DNA of 62,104 bases, filler included, from Dugesia japonica (GCA_001938525.1; 5 parts of 5 records of this genome joined end to end with filler, not necessarily neighbours in it); one strand, 5' to 3'; numbered from the whole stretch's first letter, positions 40,870-55,010 are shown. The notes: a model not told the origin generated them from the sequence alone. Translations and numbers: made by a program.

Positions 40870-41832
40870 GACTTCTTTTAATTTATTCAAGATTTAAGTT
40901 TATATTAGTAATAATTTTTTAATTAATTAATTTTTATTTATCAATTTATTTTATTTAGTTCTTCTTAGAAGGTTATAAGTTTGTTTTTTTTAATATGTCA
41001 AATCTATTCCAGGCTTCTTCTAGGAAATTTTTTCTAAAAGTTCACAAAAAAATTCTAGATCTAAGAGAGATGGAAAAATTGTCAGAAATTCCTATTTTGA
41101 AGTCGGCAGAACCAGCACCTATTCATTGACTTTCTAATGAATTTTGTGTAAAATGCATGCTTAAAATTTATCCAGTTGCAATTGCTACGTTGAAATATAT
41201 TCATGCTAATAGCAGAGACTACGCTTCAACCGCTGGTGATATTCTGCTTGAGTTCAGAAGATCCTCAACCATATTTTGTTTATTTGTTATTAATGATGCA
41301 CTAAAATGATTAGGATAACTTAGCAAGCTGTTACAGTCCTCGTAAAGTAATCTATCACAAGCTATTATCTATGTGGTTATTGCATTGATAACAAATAATG
41401 TGATGCTGCTAGATAGACAAACGCATTAGAAGTACCATGCTGCGAAAAGGGTTGCATATTGACGGTGAACCTAATTGCTCGAAAGATATATTGAAATCCT
41501 TACAACAGTTTCTCAAATGCATTGTTAAATAGTTTAACATTCGCTTTAGTGATGGCGTTGTAAGCTTGATAAAGGCTTAACGTTTTTCATTTCTCATTTT
41601 ATAGACAGTTTTGATATGGATTATATTGTTAAGCAAATTTTGCCTTTTATTAATCAATCAGGGTTACTAGATGAAGCAAAACTTTTTCGTAGATTTATTT
41701 CTCTTGATTACTCCAATTCTGGTTAGTAGGCAATTATGGACATAATTTACAGTTCCAATTGCGTTGTGTTCCACAATTTTGTTAATTAGTGTTATAAACT
41801 ATTATTTCTATTTTGTTATTATTACACAGTAG

Positions 41833-43080
41833 AGTAAATTATATCCTATATTTTGTTTTGATACTTCTGCTCAAGATGATAAATTAGTAATTAATAATGT
41901 AAACATTACTTGTCAGTTAACCAAGGATCCAGAATTAACAATATTATTGTATTGGGTTATATTAAAGGAGACTCATGTTAAATTAAAATTATCAAATTCA
42001 AAGGTAATATATGCAGAGAATGTAAGAGGAGTAGATACTGGTTAAATAATTAATTATCAATGATTAAACGTTGTTAAATAATTACTAATAATTAACCATT
42101 AAAATATTCTAATAAAAAGATCCTAACTACGTTCGGATTTTGTAAACTGTCTTCAATTAAATATGAATGTCCAAATTGTAAAAGAATATTAGGTAAAAAG
42201 AAGAGAGCACGACATAATAAATTGTGTAATGGTGTGAGCGAAGCGAACAACCTCCTAATTAATAATCAATTAATAACTAATGTTCCAATTAATAATAATC
42301 AACTTTTAACTAATCTAATTAATAATCAACCATTAACTAATTTAGAAAATAATAATCACTTATTACCAAATCCAATTGAAGATAAAACTAACCTTTTTTG
42401 CTACGCTTGCTCGGGTTAATACTGGTGGTGACTTACAAAAGTAGAATGAAACTTTTGTGCAAAAGAATATTGATGATTATAATAATACAATCCATAGTTC
42501 AATTAAAGTTAGTTTTCAAAAAGCTAGTAATGATCCAACCAAGATTAAAGAAATAATTACTAATCATAACCAAGTGAATGAAAATTTAAATTTTAAACAA
42601 AAACTTAAAATTGGAGATCGAGTAAGAATTTTTAAATACAAGTATAAATTTGAAAAAGGTTTCACTGCTAAATTGACAAATGAAATATTTATTTTGATGA
42701 AGGATTATCATACAAAACATTTTACATATGAAATAAATGATTTAGAAAAGGAAATGTTTTTGGGGAGATTTTATGATAAAGAATTACAGAAAACTAGTTT
42801 GTAGACCCGAGCGGTGTCGTAGACATTCCACAAAGGGCGAGGGTCTCTAATTGATATTAAATAATAAATAATTTTTTTAACTATGTTTTATTAATAAATG
42901 TCTACTGATAATTTAAGAGAAGTTTCTTGAGAGGGGTCATCAACCTCAACACAAATTTGGAGAAAAAATTCTAGTACATTTAAACACAAAGTATTTGCTC
43001 CTCAATTTTTGATTATTTATTATTGTTTCTTCAGGTTGTGGAAAAAATGTTCTATTGTTGAAAATGTTGTTAAAGGTAAC
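41833..43080 (+). mobile_element. Internally deleted lineage-B Maverick/adintovirus relic (MCP end, ZnF, integrase end, ATPase start)
   Basis: KLYPIFCFDTSAQDDK...ENVRGVD; YECPNCKRILGKKKRARHNKLC; GGDLQK; YNNTIHSSIK...GRFYDKELQKT; SSGCGKNVLLLKML, all colinear with 60050-61920. Confidence 0.88.
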
Positions 43081-44289
43081 TAATGAGCCTGACGGGCTCG
43101 TTTCAACTTCATATTAACAAGTTGATTGTTGAAAAGCATTTGAGTCAAAATCAATGAAAGATTTTGCAGCTGAACATGGAATTATCCTAATTATGCATTG
43201 TTTTCTTTATTTGCAAAATACAGCATTTTAACCAAAAATAAAGATTTCAAAACATTATGACGTCACACACTCCCAACAAAAAATTTCAAATAAATCTTAA
43301 AAAATCTGATTATTAATTCTCTTTCCACCTATATCACTCTCCTCCGCCCGAAAATATTTTTAACATACTTATACTACTTACAAATATCAACCAATCAAAT
43401 TAAAGCCCTTAAAATATAAATCAAAGCACATTTGACATACAAAATCTTTTCCATCACATTACCTTTCCAACAAACCATCAACCACTAAAATCCATCAACC
43501 CACTACAAATATACAGCTTCCTAAAAAACACCCCCACGATAACTCATACGACTGTGCCAGTAAGCCACCGCACCTCTAAGAAAATCCATCCATCCAATCT
43601 CATAAGTCTCTTAGACAATGTATAGAACGAATTTTTGTCCAACAACAACAAATCTTAAAAACCCCCGAAAAATTATTTCCAAGATATCCAGCTCTCACTC
43701 GAGTCAAAATTCACTCTTTGACACACACACTCACATACACACATAAAGTCAACTTGACCTACTTTTCTAAAACTACCTTAGCAACCCAAACACACATAAA
43801 TTTTAAAAATTAAAAATACACACACACACAGATGATCAAAAAAACTGATCCGGTAAAAACTTTTTATTCCCGAAAATCTTAGAAAAAAAATCATAGCACA
43901 ATCGTAATATGTTTATTAACCCCCCGGGGGGGAGGGGCTCCCTTTCAAATTGACGTAGTTCGCCAAAATTGTGCTTATGAGCTACTATCCCCCCTACTTA
44001 ATGGGAAATGTTGGGTAATTTCCGAAAAGAAACCCATGGTAATAAAAGTATTTTAAAAGTAAAAAATTAACTTTGAATCAATTTGATAAAAATAATTATA
44101 TTGTCTATGAAAAATTACTAGATTGGAATTTAGATCATGGAATGATTTAATAAAAAATTCATTCTAAATATATATTAGTAATGTCAACATGTCTTGAAAA
44201 ATTTATAGATTGAAATATTGAAAATAGAAATGAAGCAAAAAAGAATTTAGAGGATATTGTAAGTGATTTTTTCAAATTAGTAATTCTTG

Positions 44290-47200
44290 TTACGAAAAAA
44301 CTATTGAAGGTCCTTCTAAAAGAAAAAATGTTCAAAAAAAGAAGTTATAAATGAAAGTAAGGAAAATCTGAAACAAATTAAAACACAACATGACTTAACA
44401 GATGAAGTTCGTTCACTATAACAGAAGGTGACAGAAATGGAACAAATGATAGCCAGGCTATCCAGAGATATAAAGAATTGAATAAATAGATCTGCAGTGA
44501 ATAACACAAGGACTTATAATGACAGTCGATATAGAAATATCCAAATTAAAGATAGAAAATGCTTTAACTCAGAAAATTTTGGGCATTTTGTAAGCAATTG
44601 TAAAAAACCAATTATGTGTAAAAACTGCAAAAAGGTTGGCTATTTAGATCAATTTTTCAGAATAAGAAATATGAAAATAGTCAGATATAATAATAATAAT
44701 GATAGTTAAAATATGGAATTTGATGAAATCAGATCGATATCAACGAGATCAGAAATGTCCAGCACGGAGACTAATCATGTATTGAATGAAATAATTAAGA
44801 AAAATACGAAACCAAAAGAGGTAATAAAAAATAATTGTCATACTAAAGAATTTATGAATTCAGCTCAATACATCAATGAGCAAGGAGCCATACCAAAGTT
44901 TAAAAATAAAACAAAAACACTGATTTCTGAGAATCACTCATAATTTGCTCAAAATAAGCCTTTGGTCCAAGCGAGAATAAACCAAAAAATGGGTAGCGAC
45001 ACTAATAGATAGTGGGGCAGAATCAAATGTAATGGATTATAATTTATTATGTGAATTGAGAAAAAGTAACATACGAATCAAAATTTTCAAAAAAACAGAA
45101 AGAATGTACTGTGCAAACAGATCGCCCTATGAAAATCGTGTGGGTTGCGAAAGTTGAACTAGTAATGGGAAAAAAAGAATTGGCACTAGAATTTAAAGTA
45201 GTGGAAAACGTTTTCCTATAAATTATCATTGGAATTAAATCGATGAAAACACACAGAATTCAAATTGTGCTACAGGATGACTGTAAATATATCAGGAATC
45301 AAGCTATACCATTTGTCTCAAAGGTTTGTGATGAAGGAGCGGAAAACTAACAATCTGGGAAGGAAAAAGTGAGTTCATCAGAAATGTTTATTCAGACAAA
45401 TTTGAGGTATCTCATGTAAACGGATTGATTGATCGAATCGAAAAAGAAGATGACATTCCTTTACAACATAAAAGAAGGTTAAGAGAGTAATATTAAAATA
45501 TGGTAATATATTTAGCAAATGTCACACGGATATTGGTCATTGTAAAAAACTAAAGCATTACATTTCCACTAAAGAAGAAGCGCCGATTGCCGTTCCATTC
45601 AGACGAATACTGATAGGACTTGAGGATAAAATTGATAATTTAGTTGCAGATTTTTTGAAAAAAGAGATAATCAGGAAAAGTAAAAGCCCACGGAATGCAT
45701 CTTTAGTATGTATCATTAAAACCAATGGTGACATAAGATTTATGTGTCAATTATCGGCAGTTAAAACTAGTCACAATCAGACCAATATATTCAATTCTAG
45801 AAACTTCTCAGCTTTTGATGCACTGGGCGGACCAAAGATATTTAGCGTTTTAGTCTTATCTAAAGGATATCATAATGTCAAAGTAAATGAGACGGATAAA
45901 CAAAAAACAGCATTCTCTACTAGGAGAGGGCAGTATAAATTTAATAGAATGCCATTTTGCCTAAGCTGAGCCCCAGCAATATTTCAATGACTTCTATATC
46001 TGATATTGCAAAATGAAAATTGGGAACAACCACTTACATGGTCAGAACCAAGGTGTTACTCAGATGTGCATTCCTTTATAGTTTTCTGGAACTATTATAG
46101 GAAATTTTTAACAGATTTCGCGTATATCGTTCAACCTTTGGAAACTAAACTGAAACAAGACTAGCAAAAAATAAATGGGAAATACAACAAAAACCAATAA
46201 TTAGGGAGGCTGAAGGAAAAGAAGCATTTAAAAAGATACAGGAACGTCTAACAACATTTTCAGTTCTAGCTTATTCTCTGAAATAAGATATGTTCATATT
46301 AGACACAGCCTAATATTGGAGGAATCTTAAGCCAAATTCAAAATGGAGATGAAAAAGTTATCACATGTACTTCGAAAAATTCAGAATTGAAATATTGTGT
46401 TACTCGTAAGGAATTATTAGCTGTCTACGTTTTTGTGAAACAATTTATGCAATATTTATTGGGTTAAAAGTTTTAAAATAAGAACTGATCATAAAGCATT
46501 ATTGTGGCTAAAAAGCTTGAAAAATCCAAATACATCACAGTATTTTACTTGGATTTAGAGGAATATGATTTTGATATTGAACACCAACCTGGCAGATTAC
46601 ACATAAATGCAGACTATATGAACCGACCGGAATGTGAACAATGTGAACTCAGACATAATGAACCAAAGAAAAACGAAGAAATGCGAAACTGATCGAAAAA
46701 TAAAATGATGAGTAGCCAATTATTCGAGTTCTAAAAAGTGATTATACGTCTCAAAGAAAAAAGGAAATAATGGAATATTATCATAACAACATGGGCCATC
46801 CAGGATTTATAAAGACAAAGGAATTAATTCACAATTATTATGACTGGAAGAATATGAGTAAAGGCATAAAATCCTTTATTAATAAGTGCATTCCATGCAT
46901 AAATCGAAAGAATTGAATAGTTTCAGACTACATTTCTGAGAAACATTTTGTAGCTAATGATGCATTTGAAAAATATGCATAGATATCACCGAATCATTAC
47001 CAGAATGTAAAGGCTATAGATAAATTTTAAGTGTGATAGATGTTTTCTCAAGATAGACCATGTTAATTCCTCTTAAAGGCATCAAATCGAGACAAGCAAT
47101 AAATAATATTTTTAAAAGATGGATTGCTATCTTTGAAATGCCAAAAACTATTCCCTCCGATAATGGAAGTCAGTTCAAAAACAATTTCATGGAAGAATTT

Positions 47201-47896
47201 TGTAAAGTTCTTAAAATAAATCAAACTTTTGCAAGCCCTTACTATCATCAAGGTAAGGTAGAAAGAATTTTTAGAAATGCAAAAGATAGAATTTATGCAA
47301 CTAGCTTAAAAATGCTCAAAAATTGGATAGATGCCATTCCATTTGTCGAAATGGCTATGAGAATAACAAAAAATGAAACAACTAATTATTCTCCTTTTGA
47401 AATAGCTTTTGGCAAACAATTTCAAGCTTATNNNNNNNNNGAACAAGTCAACTCGAAAAATCTGGATCAATATTTAGAGACTATTAGAGTAAATTTAGAA
47501 AGAATAAATCAAAATCTAAAAGCAAAAGTGAATGTAATTAATAATAATAACAACCAAATAAAAATTGGCGATATGGTAATGTTCAAATCAGAAAAGAAAG
47601 TAATGTGAAAGAAGCAATATAAAGGACCATGTAAAGTTAAGGAAATATTACCATACGATAATATAACAATGAGTTACAAAGGGAAATTGCTAATTCGTAA
47701 TGTTAATCAAATGACAAGATTTACAATAGAAAAGCTAGAGGAGAAAGGAAAAAAGAGTCTTAAGAACAAAACAATAATAAGCCAATCAAAAATAAGTTCA
47801 ATAGTGAAACCAGAACAATTAACAAGCGAGAGACAAGGAAGAAGAAATCCTACAAGAGAAAGACGTAAACCAACAAGATTCCGGAGATTCGAATAA
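44290..47896 (+). mobile_element. Ty3/Gypsy LTR retrotransposon internal region, degenerate gag-pol
   Basis: Two decayed CCHC knuckles, LIDSGAESNVM protease, RT (KTAFST..GQY.FNRMPF), RNase H (FILDT), integrase HHCC/SDNG/VER; polypurine tract 47898-47908 followed by TG. Confidence 0.92.
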
Positions 47897-49874
47897 TAAA
47901 AAGAGAGATGTGATATAATATAAAATGTTTAAGTGTTAAAATATTCAGATTTTAGAAGACGATAATTTGAACCTGGTTTATTTTGAATAAATAATATTTT
48001 AGTAATTTATCTTTAACATCGCCAATCCCCAATCACTCGGTTTTTATTTTTAATTACCAATCTACTATCACCCATCATCAATCAGACTATTTTCAATCAC
48101 CAATAGCCAATCCACTGTCAAACTATTTTCGATTACCGTCAGACTACTTTTTTTATTTTTAATAAGCTTTCATCATTTTTTTTTCAATGAACCATCGAAT
48201 ATTTTTTATTTTGATATATAATCTAGAGTAATATGAAAAAACGACTTACTCATCAATCACAATACTTATCTAGTCTAAAAAAACATTAGATGAGGAGTGT
48301 TGGAGCGACAACGAAGGTTTGTGCTGAACGTAATTACTTATCACTAATTAGCCAACATTATTTGCTTCGGATTTCATATGAAATTCCTAAAGTTCCGAAT
48401 CAATAAACTTCTAAGCCACTCCAAATGTTATTGTAACTTGTAAATCATTCTCAAGAAGCTAAGTATTATTGCTTGTTCGATTAAATTAATGTTTAAATTA
48501 ATGTGTATAATAAATTGGTATTTTACATTAGTAAGTATCCTCAAACCTCATCTGGCTTTGGGATAGAAAATCGGATTTTCTGAACTTTTTTCATTCAATA
48601 ATACACAACAATATAGAATAGTAGAAATTAATTCAATTTCCAAAAATGGACATTATAAACTTTGACCTTAAAATGACATATTATATTATAATCAGTATCC
48701 TTTTGGGAGAGAAAACCTGCATTTGAGTCTTCGTCTCTTAATCCAACCTGAAACTTCCCTAAATATTTATATGTCACCCTGGATAGTTTAAAATCCCACC
48801 CTGGATAAAATCTTGCTTCAAACCATCCATTATTTGGGTTAATGAATATTTGTTTTGGACATCATGGTTTTATAAACAAAATAGTAGTCAATAGTATACG
48901 TTTTGAAAGTGTATCCTACAGAATCTCTAGTTTCTCTTCGTTTAAATATGATATTTTCTATCAGCCAATTAATAATCATATTTTATTGGTTATTTAATCA
49001 ATTATTAATAAATTTTTAAAACATTTCAAATATTATTTAAGTTATTTTCTGTTGAAACTTTGAAATCCAAAAATTTTTTAAATTATTCAAAAAAAAAATG
49101 TTTGATGAATAGTAATAAAGGAAAAAAGAAAAATTACGTTTTGCCTTGTGAGATAAAAATAGCAAAATATATCTGGAAATTTCATATTGGAGAAACAAAC
49201 AATTTCTCTTTTTATGAATTTTTCTAATGGATTGGCTAATTGATATCATTTCCATCAGGTTATTTTCCAAAAAATATAAAGGTGAAATAAATAAAAATAA
49301 ATGCATTATCAAATCGTTTTTAAATTACTTTTGTTTTAGAAATAATTATACTCTAAGATTCATTATTTTGAACAACAATGATTTAATATTTGTGTAAGAA
49401 GAAACAGATTTATTCATTTTCAACAAAACCGTTGTGAATAAAAGCAAATTAATATAATTGTAAAACAAAGTGATTTGGTGACTTTTAGCTCTTCGATATT
49501 TTGACCTTGCTAGAATATGCTAGTCTACATAACTTCACGACAATTGCCCAATCAGACGTTTAGCGACATCTAACATATTAGAAATATAAAGAATTGCAAA
49601 ATTAGTATCTTTCCCATTTTACAAATCAATCTCTGTAGCTAACAAGGCATTTTGACGGAGACAAATTGAACAGGGATTAATTTCACAGGTCCAGTTATTT
49701 CAATCAAATTCATATTATGATTTACACTATACCTATTATTGTTTTTCTTGAAAAATGAGTTTTGACTAGTTTAATTAAGCTGTTAACATTTAATTTGGAG
49801 CAATGCATATTTTCTGAGATACTTAACCAACCGAAAAATAACATTATTTATAGATCAAAATATTATAAAAAAAA

Positions 49875-49875
49875 A

Positions 49876-49928
<53 letters not shown>

Positions 49929-49946
49929 GAAGAAGAAGAAGAAGAA
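49875..49946. repeat. (AAT)n(AAG)n compound microsatellite
   Basis: Direct inspection. Confidence 0.95.
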
Positions 49947-50079
49947 NNNNNNNNNNNNNNNNNNNNNNNNNNNNNNNNNNNNNNNNNNNNNNNNNNNNNN
50001 NNNNNNNNNNNNNNNNNNNNNNNNNAACATTCAATTTTGTTTGAATAATACAAAATATATATTCTTAAATAAATACTTA

Positions 50080-51600
50080 ATGACAAGTCTTTTTACTGGG
50101 AACCACACCGAAATTAATGCGTTAAAAAGAGCGAAATCCGAAGAAAGTCAAAAGATTTTTTCTAATTTGCCTCAAAAAACCCAAGAAATGTTGATTCCAA
50201 AACCAAGTTTCTTTGATGGTCTCAGTCAAGATGTCGAAGATTGGATGCACACAACGAAAAATTTTGCAACATTCAATCAAATGGAATTTGCTTTCGCGTT
50301 AGATATTCTCCTAAAAGATTATGCGAAACTTTTATGGGAAGAATTTACCTGTTCAAATGATTCTGTTACTAATGAGGAGGTCGAAAAATGGTTTATGGAA
50401 ACCTTTACAAATACAAAATCGATTTATGATAAAGTAAAGGAATTGTCTTCAGTAAAACAGAGAACAGACGAGAAATACAGACATTTTGAGATTCGAGTGA
50501 AAAAATGGTTACAGATGTGTTTCAAAGGAAATTAACCATTGACGAAATTACAAGAGCATTTATTCTGTAAGGATTACAGAGTGAGAAACTACTTGAATCC
50601 TTTGCTTTAGACCCATCAATGTCTGACGAAAGAAGAAGAGAATTTGCAATGAATTTAGAAAAATTGGTTCTGCATTGAAAAGTCTGTCATGAAACCAACA
50701 TATTCGCAAGTGATAAGTAAACCTCGGTATTATAACCAACGTTCAGAAGGGAAGACAAATTTTGAGCACCAAAGGAATTCAGTAAATTTTACATCTTCAG
50801 AAAATAGAAATCAATCTGAAAAATCCACTGCATATAAGAATCGAGATAAAAAATTTTAACAACCGAGCAATAATGAGAATTTTTCTCATCAAGCTATTAG
50901 ACCGCAAAGATCAATGATGAAGATTGCAATGAAATTCTACAATCAGTATAAGGGTAAAGCACCTCCACGTAATGAAATCTTACGACAAGGTGCATGCTTT
51001 TGTTGTGGTAATATGAGTCATAGACGAAATGAATGTCCACTTAAGAATAAATGCTTAATTTGTGGTAAAATGGTCATTATTTCAAAGACTGTTATTTGGT
51101 CATCAAAATGGAAGAATACCATGTATTCATGACGAAGAGCAAAGTGCAGACGAGATGAATAATTTAGATGAAATCCATGATATTGGTCATAGCGAAATGG
51201 ATGGGCGGCAATGGAGTATTATGAATTCTAATGCTGTGATATTGAAATGTTGTGGTTTTCTGGAGCATCAATAACAGTAATGAGTGAAGAAAATTGGATC
51301 TGAATTGGTGCACCTAGTATGATAAAGTCAGAAGTTAGATTGTCAGGTGTTTTTTCTTCAAAGCATAAATCATGTCTTATACAAATTTTATGGAAAAATA
51401 AACCTTTGGTGAAAGAAATTTTGGTTGTTAAAAGTATTTCTCCTGGTTTTATTGGTGGAGTCGATATGATAAATTATGTGGTGTATTCTTGACAGAAGTA
51501 AAGTTGATTGATTCTTCTGAAGTAAATATAAGATATAGAGATTATGATCGGGTTAAGACGACATTAAATTATGTTGCTGGCAGAACTCCATTTATTAAAA
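50080..51600 (+). mobile_element. Gypsy gag (+ decayed protease) relic
   Basis: IPKPSFFDG..QDVEDW capsid motif; knuckles CFCCGNMSHRRNECP and CLICGK.GHYFKDC. Confidence 0.8.
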
Positions 51601-51879
51601 ACCTTATTAAAAAATTTGGATCGATTTTTATCTTCCAAATTTTAAGATTGTGTCCCGGTCTTTTAAAATTATAAGTGCGTTCAGTAATAAGTCTAAGACT
51701 CCTTGTGGATTGGTTTCTAATCTTATTTATAAATATTAGTGTAATGGGTGCAATGTCACATACATTGGAGAGACTTCCCGTCATCTCTGTAAAAGGATTC
51801 AGGAACATAGTCGGTTAGCTAGTCTCAGTAATATTGCTGAACACAATATTCAATGTAAATGTCTAATAAATATTATTAA

Positions 51880-52335
51880 TTTCAAAATTCTGTGCAGAAA
51901 TTTTAAAGATTATTCTGAAAGAATCATGTGCGAAGCATTGATGATTAGATCAAATGATCCAAAAATTAATGTTCAAACTGGTGTCAATAANNNNNNNNNN
52001 NNNNNNNNNNNNNNNNNNNNNNNNNNNNNNNNNNNNNNNNTTTCAAAATTCTGTGCAGAAATTTTAAAGATTATTGGGAAAGAATCATGTGCGAAGCATT
52101 GATGATTAGATCATTTGATCCACAAATTAATGTTCAAACTGGTGTCAATAAATCTTTATTGAATATTGAATTGGAATTTTATTGAGACTATTGCATAATT
52201 GATTGCATAATGCGGAACTTAAGTATATATAATCTATTCTTCGTTTTAAACAGTTTGCCTGAAGATGACAGATATACTGTCGAAACTTGTTGTGTCAAAT
52301 AATGATTTAATTAAATCGCGTGTTAAATTATTTAA
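51880..52335 (+). mobile_element. Penelope-like element 3' end (GIY-YIG tail + pLTR)
   Basis: FKILCRNFKDY.ERIMCEALMIRS.DP.INVQ followed by a hammerhead motif. Confidence 0.8.
52253..52300 (+). ncRNA. Penelope-type hammerhead ribozyme (family B), cleavage triplet mutated
   Basis: GTTTGC-CTGAAGA-T-GACAG ATATA CTGTC-GAAAC-TTGTT-GTG-TCAAAT. Confidence 0.72.
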
Positions 52336-52391
52336 TATAAAATTATTGATTAATATAAAAAGTTATTAATTAATATGAAATAACTATTGAT

Positions 52392-52491
52392 NNNNNNNNN
52401 NNNNNNNNNNNNNNNNNNNNNNNNNNNNNNNNNNNTTAATTAATTAANNNNNNNNNNNNNNNNNNNNNNNNNNNNNNNNNNNNNNNNNNNN
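52392..52491. other. Artificial scaffold spacer
   Basis: N44-TTAATTAATTAA-N44. Confidence 0.95.
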
Positions 52492-52579
52492 TAGGCAAAG
52501 TCCTTGTCTGACTTCCGATGAATAAGAGTTTTTGTTGTTTATTTTGTAACTCTTATCGCATGATTGAGACAAGGCAAGA

Positions 52580-52951
52580 TGACTGGACCAAATGTTAATT
52601 AACTCTCAACTAATATTAAACGCTAGTTAGCGTTATTTATTAATAGATTATTATATTATTGTAGATTATTTTTATTATTTCATTCTTCATTTCCTTTTAG
52701 ATCATATAAAGTTTATTTATGTGTGATAAAATTTGGGTCCTCTACGCCCGATTTTCAATTTTCGTTTTTTTCATAAATAATTTTATAATAATTATACTAA
52801 TATTAATTACATAATAATAATAATTTCATATAAATAATCTATTTTCCGGTCTAGCACATTTACTCTACCATCCGTAATCCGTACTTTACTCATTGATTTT
52901 CACACTTTTCGGGGTTACAATTTTTATTTTTCAACGTGTTTCAGCCCAACA
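52580..52951. repeat. Diverged homolog of the right end of the 3.4-kb putative LTR
   Basis: Shares GACTGGACCAAAT, TAATATTAAACGC..TAGCGTTATT, TCTACGCCC and terminal CCCAACA with 37126-37608. Confidence 0.8.
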
Positions 52952-53625
52952 CAATCATAATTTTATTCAAATATTGATTATTTTTTTTGTTTTCAATAAT
53001 CATTTGCCATCTCTACGGTAGCTTCAAAATTTCATCCTCGTAGAATTTTTGGATTTGGATAAGAAAAATTATGACAACGCGGTTTCACAACCTTCAAAAA
53101 ACTTGAACTGTTTTCCATTAGTATAATTCTGCATCATTTGATCAAAACAAATGATAATCGGAAGATGTCATATCTTAAGAATATTGAGGGCGTTCAAGTA
53201 GACCCTATTCGTAGTCATTTAATTTAGAGTTCAAAAATTCTTGTGCGATATATCAGTTTATTTCTTTTGGCTACACCTGGTGGCAAATAAAAAAGTTATC
53301 GTTTCGAGAAAGTGTCAAACTTCAATTTTTTTTATTAATCTATACAAAAATATCGTATTTATAAAGTCATTTCGTTTTAATTTATCATTGTAAAAAAGTA
53401 TGTTCAGATTTTAAATATTGAAACAATGCACTTAGATTATATAAACTATTTTATTGCAACATTCGAACGCAATGAGATTTCCGCTTCTGATATTTTGCAA
53501 TACTTCGTAAATGCATTGGGAGAATATGATATGATTAAAGAAAGAAGAGCCTAATACCATCCAGGTTGTCAGAAAAANATTTTAAAAAAATAATACCAAT
53601 TACCCGTTAACCAGACTAATTAATT

Positions 53626-53910
53626 GGGTTCTAGTACAATTTCCCCGAGACAATATCCCTCCAGGAAAATTTCCCACACGACAATTTCCCCGGAAAATTA
53701 TTTAATTATATTGTTTTTTTCAATTCCAAGTAATAATTATTTCAAATAAATATTTATGATATTAAAACCGAAAAAAAAATTTATAAGCAAATTTTAATAA
53801 GCAAAATGAGTCTAGGACAATTTTTCCCGAACAAAATAATTAAAATTTTGAAGAAAGTAAAATATTTTTCCCCCGAGGACAATTTCCCCCAAACAATATC
53901 CCCGAAAAAT
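53626..53910. repeat. ACAATTTCCCC subterminal-type repeat array (DNA transposon end)
   Basis: Repeated (G)ACAAT(T/A)TCCCC motifs in two clusters. Confidence 0.6.
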
Positions 53911-54269
53911 TAAAATTTTTAAGGAAAGTAAAATAGAAGTTTCTAAAAATATATTAAATAATTATTCATGATATTAAAACCGGACGAAGTAATTAGGAAA
54001 GTAAAAAGCTATCAAACATATTGGTCTAACCTCAAATGAAATAAACAAAATCTCGCAAATATCAATCGAAAGAGAGCCGTCATATTTACTTAGATCAAAT
54101 AATCAATGAGGCTAAATTTCCCTCATTTCAAAACTAAAGTCTGTCTAGTCTCAAAACGCCCAAGACCTTAATAAAATTGAGTTCTTTCTGAATAAACAAA
54201 TTTAATAAAACAAAAATCCATGATCTCGGATTTATTCGAATCATTCAAGACTTATTTGGACTAGTCACC

Positions 54270-55010
54270 CAGAAACTGATCTATAAATAAATGTTCTTTT
54301 TTTTAAAAAAAAGTCAACAAATTATTGCTAACACATCACCCAAAACAGAATTATGTAGTACATTGGAGATTGCTCCAAATGTATCTAAAATTGGGTGTGC
54401 AAGTAACAAAAGTGCATAGAGCAATCAAATGTGCTCAGGCCTCAATTTTGAAGAAATATATAGATGTAAAAAAGATTTGAGAGCAAAGAGCAAAACCAAA
54501 TTGAAGAAAAACTATTACAAGCTATTAAACAATAGCTTGTATGAAATGTCTGTAAANNNNNNNNNNNNNNNNNNNNNNNNNNNNNNNNNNNNNNNNNNNN
54601 NNNNNNNNNNNNNNNTAAAAAGCATCATTCAGACGAACAATAAAAATTGATGATATCTTAATAGCAGTTCAACTCAACAAGAAGATTGTTTGCTTGGACC
54701 GACCAAGCTATATTGGTCAAACAATACCTAACTTGAGTAAACTGAGAATGTACCAGCTACAGTACATCGAGCTGGAAAAGTATTGAAAAGAAAATTGTAT
54801 AATAAATATAGTTGATGGAAACACTGACAGCTTCTTTTTGAAAGTCAAAGGAAATATAATCAGAATCGGATTGCTGGACACCTCAAATTACAGCTCAAGT
54901 CACTTATTTTACTTATTGAAACAAAATTCCGTAATTGGAAAATTCAAGGATGAAAGTAAAGGGAAGAAATATCGCGAGTGGATATTTCTAAAGCCAAAAG
55001 TGTTATAACC
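54270..55010 (+). pseudogene. Maverick pPolB, C-terminal polymerase domain relic
   Basis: KQNYVVHWRLLQMYLKLG...YKLLNNSLY, RPSYIG..I.NLSKLRMY, GNTDSF (DTDS), LDTSNY, IGKFKDE, LKPK. Confidence 0.9.

Noticed and set aside
44009-44290. 5' LTR of the 44.3-47.9 kb Gypsy element
   Set aside because: Begins with TGTTGGG but shows no match to the sequence after the polypurine tract at 47909
49762-50079. N-terminal extension of the 257-aa ORF
   Set aside because: Consists of microsatellite and an N gap; gag homology starts near 50080
51880-52150. Tandem duplication of the Penelope tail as a biological array
   Set aside because: It straddles an N gap and cannot be distinguished from haplotype overlap, although the copies differ slightly
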